DNA of 64,000 nt, from IMG/VR virus record IMGVR_UViG_3300025030_000095, positions 1,111-65,110 of that record. One strand, 5' to 3'. The notes under the pieces were generated by a model that was not told the DNA's origin, searched no databases, and saw only the letters and a program-made list of their open reading frames with translations. Origin of the DNA: a virus. Lineage: Duplodnaviria > Caudoviricetes. Shown here in pieces: positions 53,014-63,332 of this stretch. Both the position numbers and the translations under genes were made by a program. Positions within the stretch are counted from its first letter, which is position 1. Every line of letters begins with the position of its first letter.

Positions 53014-53948
53014 AGCGGCACCAGTCTTTCGAGGCTAAGCAAAGAGTGTACAGAAAACTCTATTTCGGAACTCACTTTACTCGGTCCGGTGGTTAATGCA
53101 GCTTCTCTGTTTTCGTGCCAATGACCGATTAGCAGTTTCATGGCATGCTTAACCTTCTCCGGTACACTGGCTGCTGTGCTGCCATAGCCTGCAGTGAACG
53201 TGATCACTATCGGGTCCAAGGGGAAAGCTGTAAACGATGGCCAGGATTTGCTGTATGCCGGAGCTAATCGCCCGAGTATCCCGCGTGTGCTGTAAATATA
53301 GTCTGTATTGTTTACGAGCGTTGTCTCAGTGCCGGAAGAGTCCTTATACTTCACACTGTCGATTGTCTGTAAATTTCCTTTTGGGATAACGATTTCGCTC
53401 GATGGAAACTCTCCAAGTGACATCTCCCACGCTTGAGTAATGTAAGCACGATTTTGATACCCTTCCGAATACTCTCTGGCAGCAGTAATGAGCGCACTAA
53501 TATAATCATCCTCAAACGTGTCAGACTGGTCAAGTATTACGTTTATAGCGAACTCACAGGCTGCACCAGCAATAGTAGCCACACCACGGATGTACCGTTT
53601 ATCTCCGGTATAAGCCTTCTCGTAATTCGCGTTATCGTTTGCCTCTGTTACCTGTGCAAATGACGCGTAATCGCTCCAAGTAGTGCCATCGTTGCTCTCT
53701 TGGATCTTAGCAGACACCGTGCCACCAGCCCCGTTTGTGCCGGATTCGAGGAAGACTGTAGTGGTGTAGCCTAGTACTTCGACTGAGGTACCAGTTATCG
53801 TGGATATCGCATGGCTACCAGGAGAGATTGATTGCGTTGATGTAAGACCTCCTGCGTCATCTGTTGTATCAATGCGGAGATGTTTTTTTGCCTCGCTTAG
53901 TGAGATTGGTTCGATTGCTGGCTTGGTTATCAGGGTTAATCTCTGCAT
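53010..53948 (-). CDS. head-tail connector (gp6-like) with inserted beta domain
   Basis: EPISLSEAKKHLRID ... EDDYISALITAARE ... LLIGHWHENRE, split by about 110 extra residues. Confidence 0.85.
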   Translation of the reverse strand: MQRLTLITKPAIEPISLSEAKKHLRIDTTDDAGGLTSTQSISPGSHAISTITGTSVEVLGYTTTVFLESGTNGAGGTVSAKIQESNDGTTWSDYASFAQVTEANDNANYEKAYTGDKRYIRGVATIAGAACEFAINVILDQSDTFEDDYISALITAAREYSEGYQNRAYITQAWEMSLGEFPSSEIVIPKGNLQTIDSVKYKDSSGTETTLVNNTDYIYSTRGILGRLAPAYSKSWPSFTAFPLDPIVITFTAGYGSTAASVPEKVKHAMKLLIGHWHENREAALTTGPSKVSSEIEFSVHSLLSLERLVPL

Positions 53949-54000
53949 TGTTATCACCTACTTTTTAGAGGACTATATGGCTAAGTATATTTTTTAAAAT

Positions 54001-54026
54001 TGATAGGAGCTTGACAGCCCCTATCA
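54001..54026. terminator. hairpin after the large head-module gene
   Basis: TGATAGGAGC...GCCCCTATCA. Confidence 0.55.
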
Positions 54027-54034
54027 TCCTGCAA

Positions 54035-56821
54035 TTAACTGACACTCAGGAACTTGTCAGTATATAACTTTCTAAACGGCGTAGTCTTGTAAGCGTGTCC
54101 AGCAGGAAGTAATGCCAACTGACCGTACTTAAACGCTAACCAACCCTCAAACTTGTTACGCTCTGCGTCTGTAAGAGCTTTGCTACATAAAATTACTTCC
54201 GCGATGTCTACAGGCGCGTATGTGTTGAAACTGTTAGACTCTCTACCTCCTACAGTAAAATTACTATTGTCCAGCGATACTGCTACTGGGGAGCCAGTTC
54301 CTCTCTGCACGCTATTTTCATACAGAGTCAATACATTTGTATCTTTTTTAGCTACGTTAATAATCCATCTGTTGAGCGTAGTAGAACTATAGACAGCGTC
54401 AGTCATATCTGCGCCCCACTGATAAAATCCTACATTAGACGCACCAGTCCGCTTTAATCCAAAGGCTTTTAAGCTAGCAGCAGCTCCATAGAAGAAATGA
54501 GTTGCGTCCGCAGGTGATGCAGTAGCTCTTGAGAACTCTATGAGTGTCTTGGAAGTATTACCGCCATATGTTGCTGCGGCAAGTGTACCTGTCATAATAT
54601 CATCAGTGCCATCAAAGTGAGGAATATTATATCCATTAAGTGTAGCACTCGCAACAGGTCGTTTACTGCTTGTTCCTTGCGTTACGTTTGACGCCACACC
54701 TTTGTTATTAGTCCACGTAGCTAATGAAGCACTAGAAGCTATACCGTCAGGACGTAACCATAACTGTACATATGTCTCAGAGGCAGGGTCCCATAACTGA
54801 TCCGCCCAAGCACTCTCGAACTGACTTACATTAGAGGCAGGCGTACCAGCACCGACAAGCTTAATTATCCCATTGCTTAACACCTGAGCATTTGTCTCGA
54901 TATCACAAACAGCTGTCCTGTTTGGAGAAGTTCCGGAAACAGAGTTTATCCTGAATAGCAAGTCAGCCCCTGTAGAATCCTTGAATCTGAACTCTCCTGA
55001 GTCATAAGCTGTAGGAGGAAACTCTACGGACTGACCTGAGACATGAAAGTTATACCCAGTGGAGTTAACAGTTTCTCCAACACTGACCCTTATCAAATCT
55101 CCTGCAACTAAACTTGAAGTTACGCCAGCCACTTCATGACTTGTGCTAACATTAACAGTTAAATTAAATAGCGTCGTGAAAGAGGGCCCTTCAACCCACG
55201 GCAACCAAATTCCGCTTGATGTTTTATGTTGTGCGTAAGACTTGTATTTAGTGGACCCTGTTAGAGCTGTAGCAGCTGATGCGCTAAGTCCAGTAGATTC
55301 ACCATTTGATACATACGAATTTTTAGCTAGGTCTTTAATCTTGATCCTTGTACTAGTTGGGTTATACCCGCCAAGTATGTCTACGTCACTGTTAAATATT
55401 TGGATGTCATACCCATCGAAGATTATAGTACCATCGGCTCCGGGTGAAACAAACAACTCGAATTCGTTGTCACCTGTTAAGTCAGATGTTGCAGCCTCGA
55501 CGGAAGCATTGCCGCCTGCAGCGCGAGCAACTATCCTCTGAGAGTTGGCAGTCAAGGCAAGAATTTCAAAATCGACCTGCCTGCGCCCTGTTGTAGATGG
55601 TAGCGTAACTTGACCGCTGGTTGATCCTAATCCTGCATATACTAGAGCACTAGAGTTTGCTGCAACGGTTTGATTGAAGTAGAACGTGCCAGTTAATTTT
55701 CCCTTTGTGCCCAGTACGTTTGCAGGCATTGCAATTGTTAGATAAGTGTCGGGACTAGTTATAGTTTGGTTCGGTGCACCGTGCCAGCTAGTTCTACGTG
55801 ACTGACCTAGCTCTGTAACTACAGTAGGTGTCAAGCTAACACCTGTTTCCCCATCCGTAGGGCTTGAGATACGCAAGTTAGGATACGCCGTATCCGCGGG
55901 AACAAGAGCTACGTGAGTGAACTTCTGGCGATCTATAGCCCTCCACGGTTGAGCATTTCCGGCATTAGTTACGACAGCTAATTTGCAAGTTGGGTCTGTT
56001 GAAACAAGCTCAGCAATAAAGTGTAGTTCTTCTCCTTCTGAATACACTATGTTATCAATATTAATCCAAATTTCAGAGTTAGCGGAGATTGTTTGTCCTG
56101 TCGCGGTAGCTTCTAGCGTTCCCATAGATTGATCATATATCTTTGTGCCAGCCTCGCTTGTACCTCTGTATATACGTATCCGCACGCGGCACGTAGCATC
56201 ATCCCAAACAAGACTAGGCCCAAGTTTATAATACAGTCTCTGCAATATATAGTTGTGCTGTGGTATAACGTTGTAGGTGTACGCAGTATTCGTATCACTA
56301 CTAACCCACTCCTGATCATATTTATCGACTGACTCAGGGTAAGCACCGTTTTTAGTCGCTCCCGACTTGTCTAACACTACGTTACGAGTCCAAGTAACAG
56401 TATTATCCACAACCGTACTGCCTACACCACTAGGCCATGTTGCTGGCTCGGTTGCGCCTGTAGTGCCTCCGACAGTAGCTATATAAACAAACCCTGTTGC
56501 CTTGGCATCTGTAGGTCTTACCCTATCACCTATGGCTACCGTCTTTACTGCTGTCCAAGCATCTGCTGAGTTACCATGTGTGATTACCCTTGTTTCCGAC
56601 GCCTCTTGCCGGCACTCTACCATCGGACCAGTGCCTGTGCTATCTACAGTTTGGCCGGGAATCATGAATCTAACGGAGTTGCCAACAACCTCAGATGTCA
56701 AATGATGACCACGAACACCAAGCTCAATCTTATCCTGCGTACCTAATGTTAATTTGCCATCGACTACGCCTGTGCCTGTTGCTGTGCTTGTGCCACCTTT
56801 TTGGAGGCTTAATCGTGCCAT
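54035..56821 (-). CDS. 928-aa multidomain virion appendage candidate (C-terminal LamG-like)
   Basis: Thr/Gly/Ser-rich beta domains; FDGTDDIM...IAEVIL...EGWLAFKYG; lies in the head module. Confidence 0.65.
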   Translation of the reverse strand: MARLSLQKGGTSTATGTGVVDGKLTLGTQDKIELGVRGHHLTSEVVGNSVRFMIPGQTVDSTGTGPMVECRQEASETRVITHGNSADAWTAVKTVAIGDRVRPTDAKATGFVYIATVGGTTGATEPATWPSGVGSTVVDNTVTWTRNVVLDKSGATKNGAYPESVDKYDQEWVSSDTNTAYTYNVIPQHNYILQRLYYKLGPSLVWDDATCRVRIRIYRGTSEAGTKIYDQSMGTLEATATGQTISANSEIWINIDNIVYSEGEELHFIAELVSTDPTCKLAVVTNAGNAQPWRAIDRQKFTHVALVPADTAYPNLRISSPTDGETGVSLTPTVVTELGQSRRTSWHGAPNQTITSPDTYLTIAMPANVLGTKGKLTGTFYFNQTVAANSSALVYAGLGSTSGQVTLPSTTGRRQVDFEILALTANSQRIVARAAGGNASVEAATSDLTGDNEFELFVSPGADGTIIFDGYDIQIFNSDVDILGGYNPTSTRIKIKDLAKNSYVSNGESTGLSASAATALTGSTKYKSYAQHKTSSGIWLPWVEGPSFTTLFNLTVNVSTSHEVAGVTSSLVAGDLIRVSVGETVNSTGYNFHVSGQSVEFPPTAYDSGEFRFKDSTGADLLFRINSVSGTSPNRTAVCDIETNAQVLSNGIIKLVGAGTPASNVSQFESAWADQLWDPASETYVQLWLRPDGIASSASLATWTNNKGVASNVTQGTSSKRPVASATLNGYNIPHFDGTDDIMTGTLAAATYGGNTSKTLIEFSRATASPADATHFFYGAAASLKAFGLKRTGASNVGFYQWGADMTDAVYSSTTLNRWIINVAKKDTNVLTLYENSVQRGTGSPVAVSLDNSNFTVGGRESNSFNTYAPVDIAEVILCSKALTDAERNKFEGWLAFKYGQLALLPAGHAYKTTPFRKLYTDKFLSVS

Positions 56822-56832
56822 GCTCTCATCTC

Positions 56833-57138
56833 CTAACGGTAGTGTATCGTCGCAGTGCCCGCAGCGCTAAATCGCAAGGTTATGTTCGTTCCGAATTGAA
56901 TCACTGCTTCTGAAAAATCATCTTCATCAGTTCCAACCAACGCTGGCCTTACCTGTGTTTCTCCGTCAACCAATGCTACTGTGACAGTTGATGTCTCCAC
57001 GTGGAGCAACGACACCACCCCAGCAGATCGCTTAATAATTATATCCTCGGCACTTGTTGCAGTGACTCGCTTAGGAGCAAAGGCTATGACATCGGATTGT
57101 ATTTGGTTTCCGTTTGTGTCTAGGTTTGTGTACACCAT
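56833..57138 (-). CDS. small structural protein
   Basis: Beta-rich; GAGGGTG RBS; head module. Confidence 0.65.
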   Translation of the reverse strand: MVYTNLDTNGNQIQSDVIAFAPKRVTATSAEDIIIKRSAGVVSLLHVETSTVTVALVDGETQVRPALVGTDEDDFSEAVIQFGTNITLRFSAAGTATIHYR

Positions 57139-57197
57139 AGTTTATCACCCTCTCGTTTGAAAATATATGTAGGAGAGGGACACTCGGCCCCTCTCAA

Positions 57198-57917
57198 TTA
57201 CGCAACAGTTGTCTTCGATGCCGCTACCATCTGCACCGGACTGTATCGGGCCTCGCCACGCTCAAGCACAGCCCCGGTCACGATAGCCGCGCTATTGGTC
57301 ACACGTAACGCCACGTGAGTAAAACCGTTGTTAATGTCCAAGAACGATGCGTCGCATTCCACATAACCTATTGCGCTCACGGTAGCTGCTGTAATCGTCG
57401 CGGCGGCTGCGGTAATAGTGATTGTGTACTCGCCCGGTTCTTTGGCCGTCAGGGTGATCACTGCGGCTGCTGATACTGCCTTGACTCCCGGCACACCTGC
57501 GGTCGAGTGGTTGATTGCTGCCGCCAAGCTCGCTGCGTCTGCTGTGTCATCTCCGGCTTGGTTAAACACTCGGTTTGGCAGGTCTGCTGCTGCGGCTGCG
57601 GTGTAGGTCAGGCCGTTGATTGTGACTGACTGGCCGACTGTTACCGTGGCAAGGGTGAGCGTTGCTGATGTTACGCCTGTGTTTGCTGTGATGGTTGCTG
57701 TGTTATTGGTGATGACTTTAGCGCTAGTGCCTAGGGCATCTTTGGCTTGCATTACTTGCAGGGCGCTTGTTGCTGCTGCTGCCATTGCGCCGAGGCTGGC
57801 GATGTAGAGGGCTTTGCCGTAGTTAGCGAGGGAGTGGTAGGCTCCTGTTGCAGCGCCATTTAAGCTCACAGAATTTAAGGCAATGTCCAATTTGTTTCTT
57901 TCAGAGAGTAGTTTCAT
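57198..57917 (-). CDS. putative head decoration protein
   Basis: Directly after capsid; Ala/Thr-rich; FTHVALRV...ARYSP. Confidence 0.7.
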   Translation of the reverse strand: MKLLSERNKLDIALNSVSLNGAATGAYHSLANYGKALYIASLGAMAAAATSALQVMQAKDALGTSAKVITNNTATITANTGVTSATLTLATVTVGQSVTINGLTYTAAAAADLPNRVFNQAGDDTADAASLAAAINHSTAGVPGVKAVSAAAVITLTAKEPGEYTITITAAAATITAATVSAIGYVECDASFLDINNGFTHVALRVTNSAAIVTGAVLERGEARYSPVQMVAASKTTVA

Positions 57918-57950
57918 TTTATTACCTCCATAATATTATTTTAAGTGATT

Positions 57951-57972
57951 AGAGGGGCGCTACGGCCCCTCG
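57951..57972 (-). terminator. hairpin after major capsid gene
   Basis: GAGGGGC-GCTACG-GCCCCTC. Confidence 0.55.
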
Positions 57973-57976
57973 TTGG

Positions 57977-59326
57977 TTATACTAGGGGCACCGACAAAAC
58001 GACTACGGGGCTAACCTGAGAAACCTTATCCTCCAAGGTCAATGGTTCTTTAACCCATAAATTTCCATCAACATTCCATACAATTTTTATAATAGTTTTA
58101 TTATTTTTAAAGTATACGTGTTCTGATGCTGCCATAAATGGGCCACTTCCATCTTTTATCAGGTAGTATGAAGCATCCACAAGGGAGAGGTCCCCGAGTT
58201 TTCCAATCGTCGAAGTCTTACCGGTAAACTTAATCGGAATACCTGATAGTGTTGCCGGAATGCCCTTAGTTGCATCGCCTTGGATAAAGATGTAATGACC
58301 TTCTGGGTCTTGCATAGTGGCAAGCTGTGGCAGCGTGCTCTGATTTGCAATCCACAAGGCATTACTAACAGATTCGGGCAGGAGTTTTGTTAGCATGTTT
58401 ACCGTATCGATGTAGTTGATTTGGTTCGCAGTAGATCGGTTAACCATAATTGTGCCAGGGGCGTTGTAAATCCCCTGCGGACGGGCTACACCGTTACCCA
58501 AAAGGAATGCCATATCTTCAGCGGCAGACATGGCTCCATTCAAAAGATCGGAGAGGAACGCATCGGAGGCAGCCCAGTTCCTTAAGAGCTTGTCGCTGAC
58601 TGTGACTAATGCGGAAACTTCTTTAGGGGATACCATGACCTCCTCAAGCTTACCGCCAGTCTCCTTAATCTCCTGCCCCTCACCAGTCCAATATACCTCT
58701 ACCCCACCATACACGCCCTTACTGCCTTGCGTAAACGCCGGGAAAGTGATAGAGCTATCTGGCGGATCACCGGCCGGGATAACCCGCGCTCTAGGACGCA
58801 CAATAGCTGTTTCTGAGTTGATTTTTAATATCTCGGTGCTTCTTTGCGCCGGTACCATGATGCCTCCTTCGCTTCCTGTACCAAAGGTAAACTCGTTTCT
58901 CAGGCTCGGCATGAATTGGCCCCTGAACGCTTCGGGAACAGCCTTGCCACCCTCTTGCCCGTTTTTATTATCGGCTAGCTCGTGCGTGCGCCCTTTAGCG
59001 TCACCAAATCTTAGGGCATAAATAAGCTCACCAAGATTCTTGAACCCGCCATCGTCTTTCTTGGCCGCCTGAGTGTCGAGCACTGCTGGAATACCACTAG
59101 GACGCATTGTGTTGCCCACCGGCGCATCAAGATATGCCGCGCGTCCCTGCACTGCCTCTGCCTTAGCGATGAGTGCCGCTTGACCGTCGATGTCCTTTTG
59201 CAAGTTATCAAACTCGGTGTTCTCTTCGTCGGTCATGCCTCTGTTTTCCGCGATAGCTTTATCTACTATGGCCTTCTGGGTGTCGCACAGTCCTGAGTAT
59301 TTTTGCTTTAGTTCAAGTAAATTCAT
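57977..59326 (-). CDS. HK97-fold major capsid protein
   Basis: N-terminal delta coiled coil, EGGIMVP, FLLGNGVARPQGI. Confidence 0.95.
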   Translation of the reverse strand: MNLLELKQKYSGLCDTQKAIVDKAIAENRGMTDEENTEFDNLQKDIDGQAALIAKAEAVQGRAAYLDAPVGNTMRPSGIPAVLDTQAAKKDDGGFKNLGELIYALRFGDAKGRTHELADNKNGQEGGKAVPEAFRGQFMPSLRNEFTFGTGSEGGIMVPAQRSTEILKINSETAIVRPRARVIPAGDPPDSSITFPAFTQGSKGVYGGVEVYWTGEGQEIKETGGKLEEVMVSPKEVSALVTVSDKLLRNWAASDAFLSDLLNGAMSAAEDMAFLLGNGVARPQGIYNAPGTIMVNRSTANQINYIDTVNMLTKLLPESVSNALWIANQSTLPQLATMQDPEGHYIFIQGDATKGIPATLSGIPIKFTGKTSTIGKLGDLSLVDASYYLIKDGSGPFMAASEHVYFKNNKTIIKIVWNVDGNLWVKEPLTLEDKVSQVSPVVVLSVPLV

Positions 59327-59327
59327 G

Positions 59328-60089
59328 TTAAATCACGCTCCTAATTTTGTTTTTGTTCGCTTTGGCTTTTCGTTGCAATGAAAAAAGCAGGTCCATGTGT
59401 TCCTGCTTGTCGGTTGGTGGGTCGATTGGTGGTGGGTCTGTTGGTGGTGGTTCAGATCCAGCACTAGGCGGTTCATGACTGTTCTTCAAGAACACACGCG
59501 TCTTGTCGATTACTTCTCTCGGGAGCATACGATTACCGACGCTCGCTACCAATTGCATTCCTTCATCGAAAAGTATTTCATCGACAAACTTATCTTTCAA
59601 AGCCTGTTGTGCGGGAAGCCACGTCTCGCGGTTCATTAGTCCTAAGATTTCGCTCTGAGACTTGCCAGTTTTGAGCATATAAGCATTTGCTATGCTTTTG
59701 TTCCAGCCTTTCAGGACATCTGCTTCATGCTCGAAGTCCCGGTAGTCCCCCATGGTCGCACTCCAAACGTTATGGAGCATGATCTGCGCTGTAGGCGATA
59801 TCGAGAGTTTCTTGATTGCCATAGCCGCAACACTGGCCGCGCTTGCGGCGATGCCGACAATGCGTCCGATTGTATTACCTTCGTAGCTTTTTATAGCTGT
59901 AAACATTTCTGAGCCAGCATACACGTCTCCCCCAGGGGAATTAATTTCGAAATCAAGTTCGTCGCCATTTGCAGCTTCGATCTCCAATCTTATATCCTTC
60001 GGGCTTACTGCCTCTATGCCAAAATAGTCATAGATAAACTTATCGTCGTTTGACACGATAACTCCCTTGATATTAATTTTCTTAGCCAT
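59328..60089 (-). CDS. ClpP-like prohead protease
   Basis: INSPGGDV, AASAASV, MLHN, ETWL. Confidence 0.95.
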   Translation of the reverse strand: MAKKINIKGVIVSNDDKFIYDYFGIEAVSPKDIRLEIEAANGDELDFEINSPGGDVYAGSEMFTAIKSYEGNTIGRIVGIAASAASVAAMAIKKLSISPTAQIMLHNVWSATMGDYRDFEHEADVLKGWNKSIANAYMLKTGKSQSEILGLMNRETWLPAQQALKDKFVDEILFDEGMQLVASVGNRMLPREVIDKTRVFLKNSHEPPSAGSEPPPTDPPPIDPPTDKQEHMDLLFSLQRKAKANKNKIRSVI

Positions 60090-61339
60090 TACTCACCGTC
60101 GCCTCCCGTTGTGCCCGTACTCCTTGGTTGCTGGGCTGCGGCTGTCTCAGTGCTAATCATTGCACCATTAACCAGATACGCCTGTCCAGCGGCCCCGCCG
60201 ATGGGGTTTTCATCGTCTAGAGCACGCCATTCATCAGCGTTTATAATTCCTGAACTTCTCTTTTTACTCAGGTACTCAGCTCTGGACTTGGAATCACCCC
60301 TCAGTAATGAATCTAAATTAAACTTGGTATAGTACCCTGCCGCGCGTTCTGCCGGTGTGAAAAGTTTCCAGTCTGCAGTTTTCTCAAAACGAGTGATAAG
60401 TGGCAGCATGGAATAAATAACATATTCAATTCCTTGATGCTCAATGTTATTATTTGTCGAACGCTGTAAATTTGCCACCATATGTGGCGGTACCCTGTAT
60501 AGACCGCAGATATCTTCTTTGTTTAACTGGATATTCTCGATAAACTGAGCATCAGATAAAGGCATTGGTATCCTGGCAAACTTTAAACCGCTATGCAATA
60601 TCAATGGCATCCATGAGTTAGCCAAGCCAGAGCCCTTCTCTAGGAGCTGTTCCCTCAGAGCGTCAACAGACTCCTGCGTCATCGAGTTGTCAGTCTGAAA
60701 CACAGACCCGACATTCATCCCTTGGCCGAAGAATCGACTAGAGAATTCCGACATAGCCAGTCCCATTCCGACTGCTTCCTGTGCCATCCTGATTATTGAG
60801 TACCCTTTTATACCGTCAAATCCCAACCCAGGAACATGAAATACTTTTTCGCTCGGCAGAATACTAACCTTACCACGATCATTTACATGGTACTCAACCT
60901 TCATGGTATCCTTATTTCGCTTCGGTTCAATGCTGTCCCACGGCCATGGATATAGCTCAGTTACTTGTCCCCGATTGTTATGGGTTATGATCGAGTAACA
61001 GTTGCCGGACAGGTCCAGGTGGGAATTCATGGTCTCGCGCCATGTCATCGTGTGCATGTCTGGGTTTGGCACATTGTGTAGCAGCTCATGCACCGGGTGG
61101 TCCGTTGCCTCATCCCGGCCATTTCCGTTTGGCCGTTTACGATAGACACTCAGGGGCAGTGAGGCAAACGATTCTGATCTGACCCGGACGCACGAATAAA
61201 CGGTGATGTGCCGGAGGGCTGTCTGCTCGTTCACATTTACGCCTGAGTGCGTTGGTCTGCCACCTATCCATGACTTTATGTCCTTGTCAAAGTCCCCCAT
61301 GGAGTAGTTTTTTAGGAGCAACTTACGTATTATGCTCAT
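60089..61339 (-). CDS. HK97-family portal protein
   Basis: VYSCVRV, PNPDM, DAQFIE, YRVPPH, NNIEHQ. Confidence 0.96.
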   Translation of the reverse strand: MSIIRKLLLKNYSMGDFDKDIKSWIGGRPTHSGVNVNEQTALRHITVYSCVRVRSESFASLPLSVYRKRPNGNGRDEATDHPVHELLHNVPNPDMHTMTWRETMNSHLDLSGNCYSIITHNNRGQVTELYPWPWDSIEPKRNKDTMKVEYHVNDRGKVSILPSEKVFHVPGLGFDGIKGYSIIRMAQEAVGMGLAMSEFSSRFFGQGMNVGSVFQTDNSMTQESVDALREQLLEKGSGLANSWMPLILHSGLKFARIPMPLSDAQFIENIQLNKEDICGLYRVPPHMVANLQRSTNNNIEHQGIEYVIYSMLPLITRFEKTADWKLFTPAERAAGYYTKFNLDSLLRGDSKSRAEYLSKKRSSGIINADEWRALDDENPIGGAAGQAYLVNGAMISTETAAAQQPRSTGTTGGDGE

Positions 61340-61593
61340 TTATTCGCCTGCCTTCCAGGAACCAGCAGCCAAAGTCCACCGATAATCCACATTATAGGCG
61401 GGTAAATAAGCCATAGGCCGTGTAGTAGCATGCCAAATCCCAGCACTAGGGCTAAGTCTTGGAGAGTATTTGAGGTTATTTTTAGAGAAGGTAAACGGAT
61501 CTTTGGTAGCTTGATCGGTAGTTTCAATGTAAGCAACTCCTTTAAAGGAAGATTATGCCGGGTTTCGGCTTCTTCGTTTGATCGTTTAGCCAA
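61336..61593 (-). CDS. small membrane protein between terminase and portal
   Basis: Two hydrophobic segments; start uncertain. Confidence 0.6.
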   Translation of the reverse strand: MAKRSNEEAETRHNLPLKELLTLKLPIKLPKIRLPSLKITSNTLQDLALVLGFGMLLHGLWLIYPPIMWIIGGLWLLVPGRQANK

Positions 61594-63332
61594 ATTCTAA
61601 CGTGCGAATTCATCAATGATGCTACCGGGTCGATCCTTTGAATGCACTTGGATTTATCAAGCATGAAGTTTTCATTTCTATCTCCCTTTTCACTAATTCC
61701 TACTGATTTTCCACCAGTGGTCACAGCATTACCCATAGCCCAATTCAAAACCGGGTTATTTTCGTGGATTATCTGCTTGTCATAAACCTTTACCCTGAAG
61801 TCCTTCGTTGGCTCTCCGAGTGTAGGGATGCCTTGCGGTATATCTATCACTGTATGCCCGTCTTCGATAAGCTCAGGCATTAGTCTATTTGCTAAATATC
61901 TGTCAAAACACAATTCCTTTTCAATAAGTTCGTGTTTTTCAATCCAGTCAATTGCCCATTTCATCATTACCTTATAATCAACCGAGGCCCCAGGAGTAAG
62001 TGTTATCCACTTCTCCTTCACCCATCTATCATATGGTATTTTATCGGACTTCATTTTTACAAAAAGAGTTTCCTCGGGCATAAAGGAATGGGAGAACACT
62101 GCAATTCTCCCATCAGGTAACGGTATTTCAAATCCAATGCTCGTTAGATCGATTATGACTGATAAGTCAAATCCAAGCGTCACCTCAAGCCCACGTATAC
62201 TAGGCATGGGATTTTCTTTTGAAGCTCCACACGCTTTCCATTTACCGATATTCATGTAGCCACAAGCTCTTTGATTTACCCAGACGTCCATTGTTTTCGT
62301 GAGGAAGTCTCGCATCTTTTCGGGCTTATCCTGCGCCACCATCAACTCATCGCGTATTGATTCAATACCCTCTTGTGTTTTACAAACTATTGGATTTGCC
62401 TTTGTCCAAACTGATTCATCCGAAATACTATCTAGTAGATTTCCTTCCTCATCCATATCCAACTCATTTATCATTACGAAATACCGGTCGTTATCTATTT
62501 CGCTATCAGGATTAAGTATACTTGACACGTACATGTACTCATCTTTATAGCAGGGGTGATTTAACTCAAACCCTGCTGTTGTTATGATTCCGAGTAAGGG
62601 TTGCTTCCGCATTTTCATGCCAGATGTGAGTATGTCGTAATACTCTGATGTTGGGTGGGCGTGGTATTCATCGAGCAGACCGGCTTGAGGGTTGCTACCA
62701 TCGCCTTTCCTCTTGTCCTCTTCGGTCATTCTGGCAAAAAATGAGTTGCTTTTAGGGTGCATTATTACTTTTGTTGCTAGATCATCATGATACTTGGTAA
62801 ATATCTTGCCGCTTAATTCCTTGCAATTTGCTGATATTGTTCTTGCTTCTCCCCAAACATACCTAGTCTGATCCTTTTTTGTTGCTGCAATATAAACCTC
62901 AGAGTACGGTTCGCCAAGTGCCGCCATTTCGTATAGCCCGACCATTGCTAGGTCTTGAGATTTGGCGTTCTTCCTACCGACTTGCCAGTAAAACTTACGA
63001 AACCTTCTAATACCAGTTTTCGCATGTACCCAGCCATATATATTGCCGAAAATAAATTTCTCAATCGGTTCAGGTATTTTGTTTTGACCGGCTAGTGGAC
63101 CCTTAGTATGCTTGAAAAACGGCATCCATCTGAGGAATTTATTTGCTTTATATATATCAAAAAAATAAGGAAAGTCTTTTTGACCTTCCTTATCTAAATC
63201 TTTAATAAACCTCTCACAGGACCACTTGTGTTTTTTGCAGGCTATTACATCGCCTGATATGACATCTTCGCAATATTGTATTAATTCGTCAACCGTAGCC
63301 TCAGCTTGAGTCCGCGCATCTTCTAAATTCAT
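61542..63332 (-). CDS. terL: terminase large subunit
   Basis: GRKNAKS Walker A, LDEYH, ITTAG, GFDLS, RIDP. Confidence 0.97.
   Translation of the reverse strand: MNLEDARTQAEATVDELIQYCEDVISGDVIACKKHKWSCERFIKDLDKEGQKDFPYFFDIYKANKFLRWMPFFKHTKGPLAGQNKIPEPIEKFIFGNIYGWVHAKTGIRRFRKFYWQVGRKNAKSQDLAMVGLYEMAALGEPYSEVYIAATKKDQTRYVWGEARTISANCKELSGKIFTKYHDDLATKVIMHPKSNSFFARMTEEDKRKGDGSNPQAGLLDEYHAHPTSEYYDILTSGMKMRKQPLLGIITTAGFELNHPCYKDEYMYVSSILNPDSEIDNDRYFVMINELDMDEEGNLLDSISDESVWTKANPIVCKTQEGIESIRDELMVAQDKPEKMRDFLTKTMDVWVNQRACGYMNIGKWKACGASKENPMPSIRGLEVTLGFDLSVIIDLTSIGFEIPLPDGRIAVFSHSFMPEETLFVKMKSDKIPYDRWVKEKWITLTPGASVDYKVMMKWAIDWIEKHELIEKELCFDRYLANRLMPELIEDGHTVIDIPQGIPTLGEPTKDFRVKVYDKQIIHENNPVLNWAMGNAVTTGGKSVGISEKGDRNENFMLDKSKCIQRIDPVASLMNSHVRIWLNDQTKKPKPGIIFL

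Noticed and set aside
38728-56821. Diversity-generating retroelement targeting tail or adhesin genes
   Set aside because: No reverse transcriptase ORF and no template/variable repeat pair seen by eye
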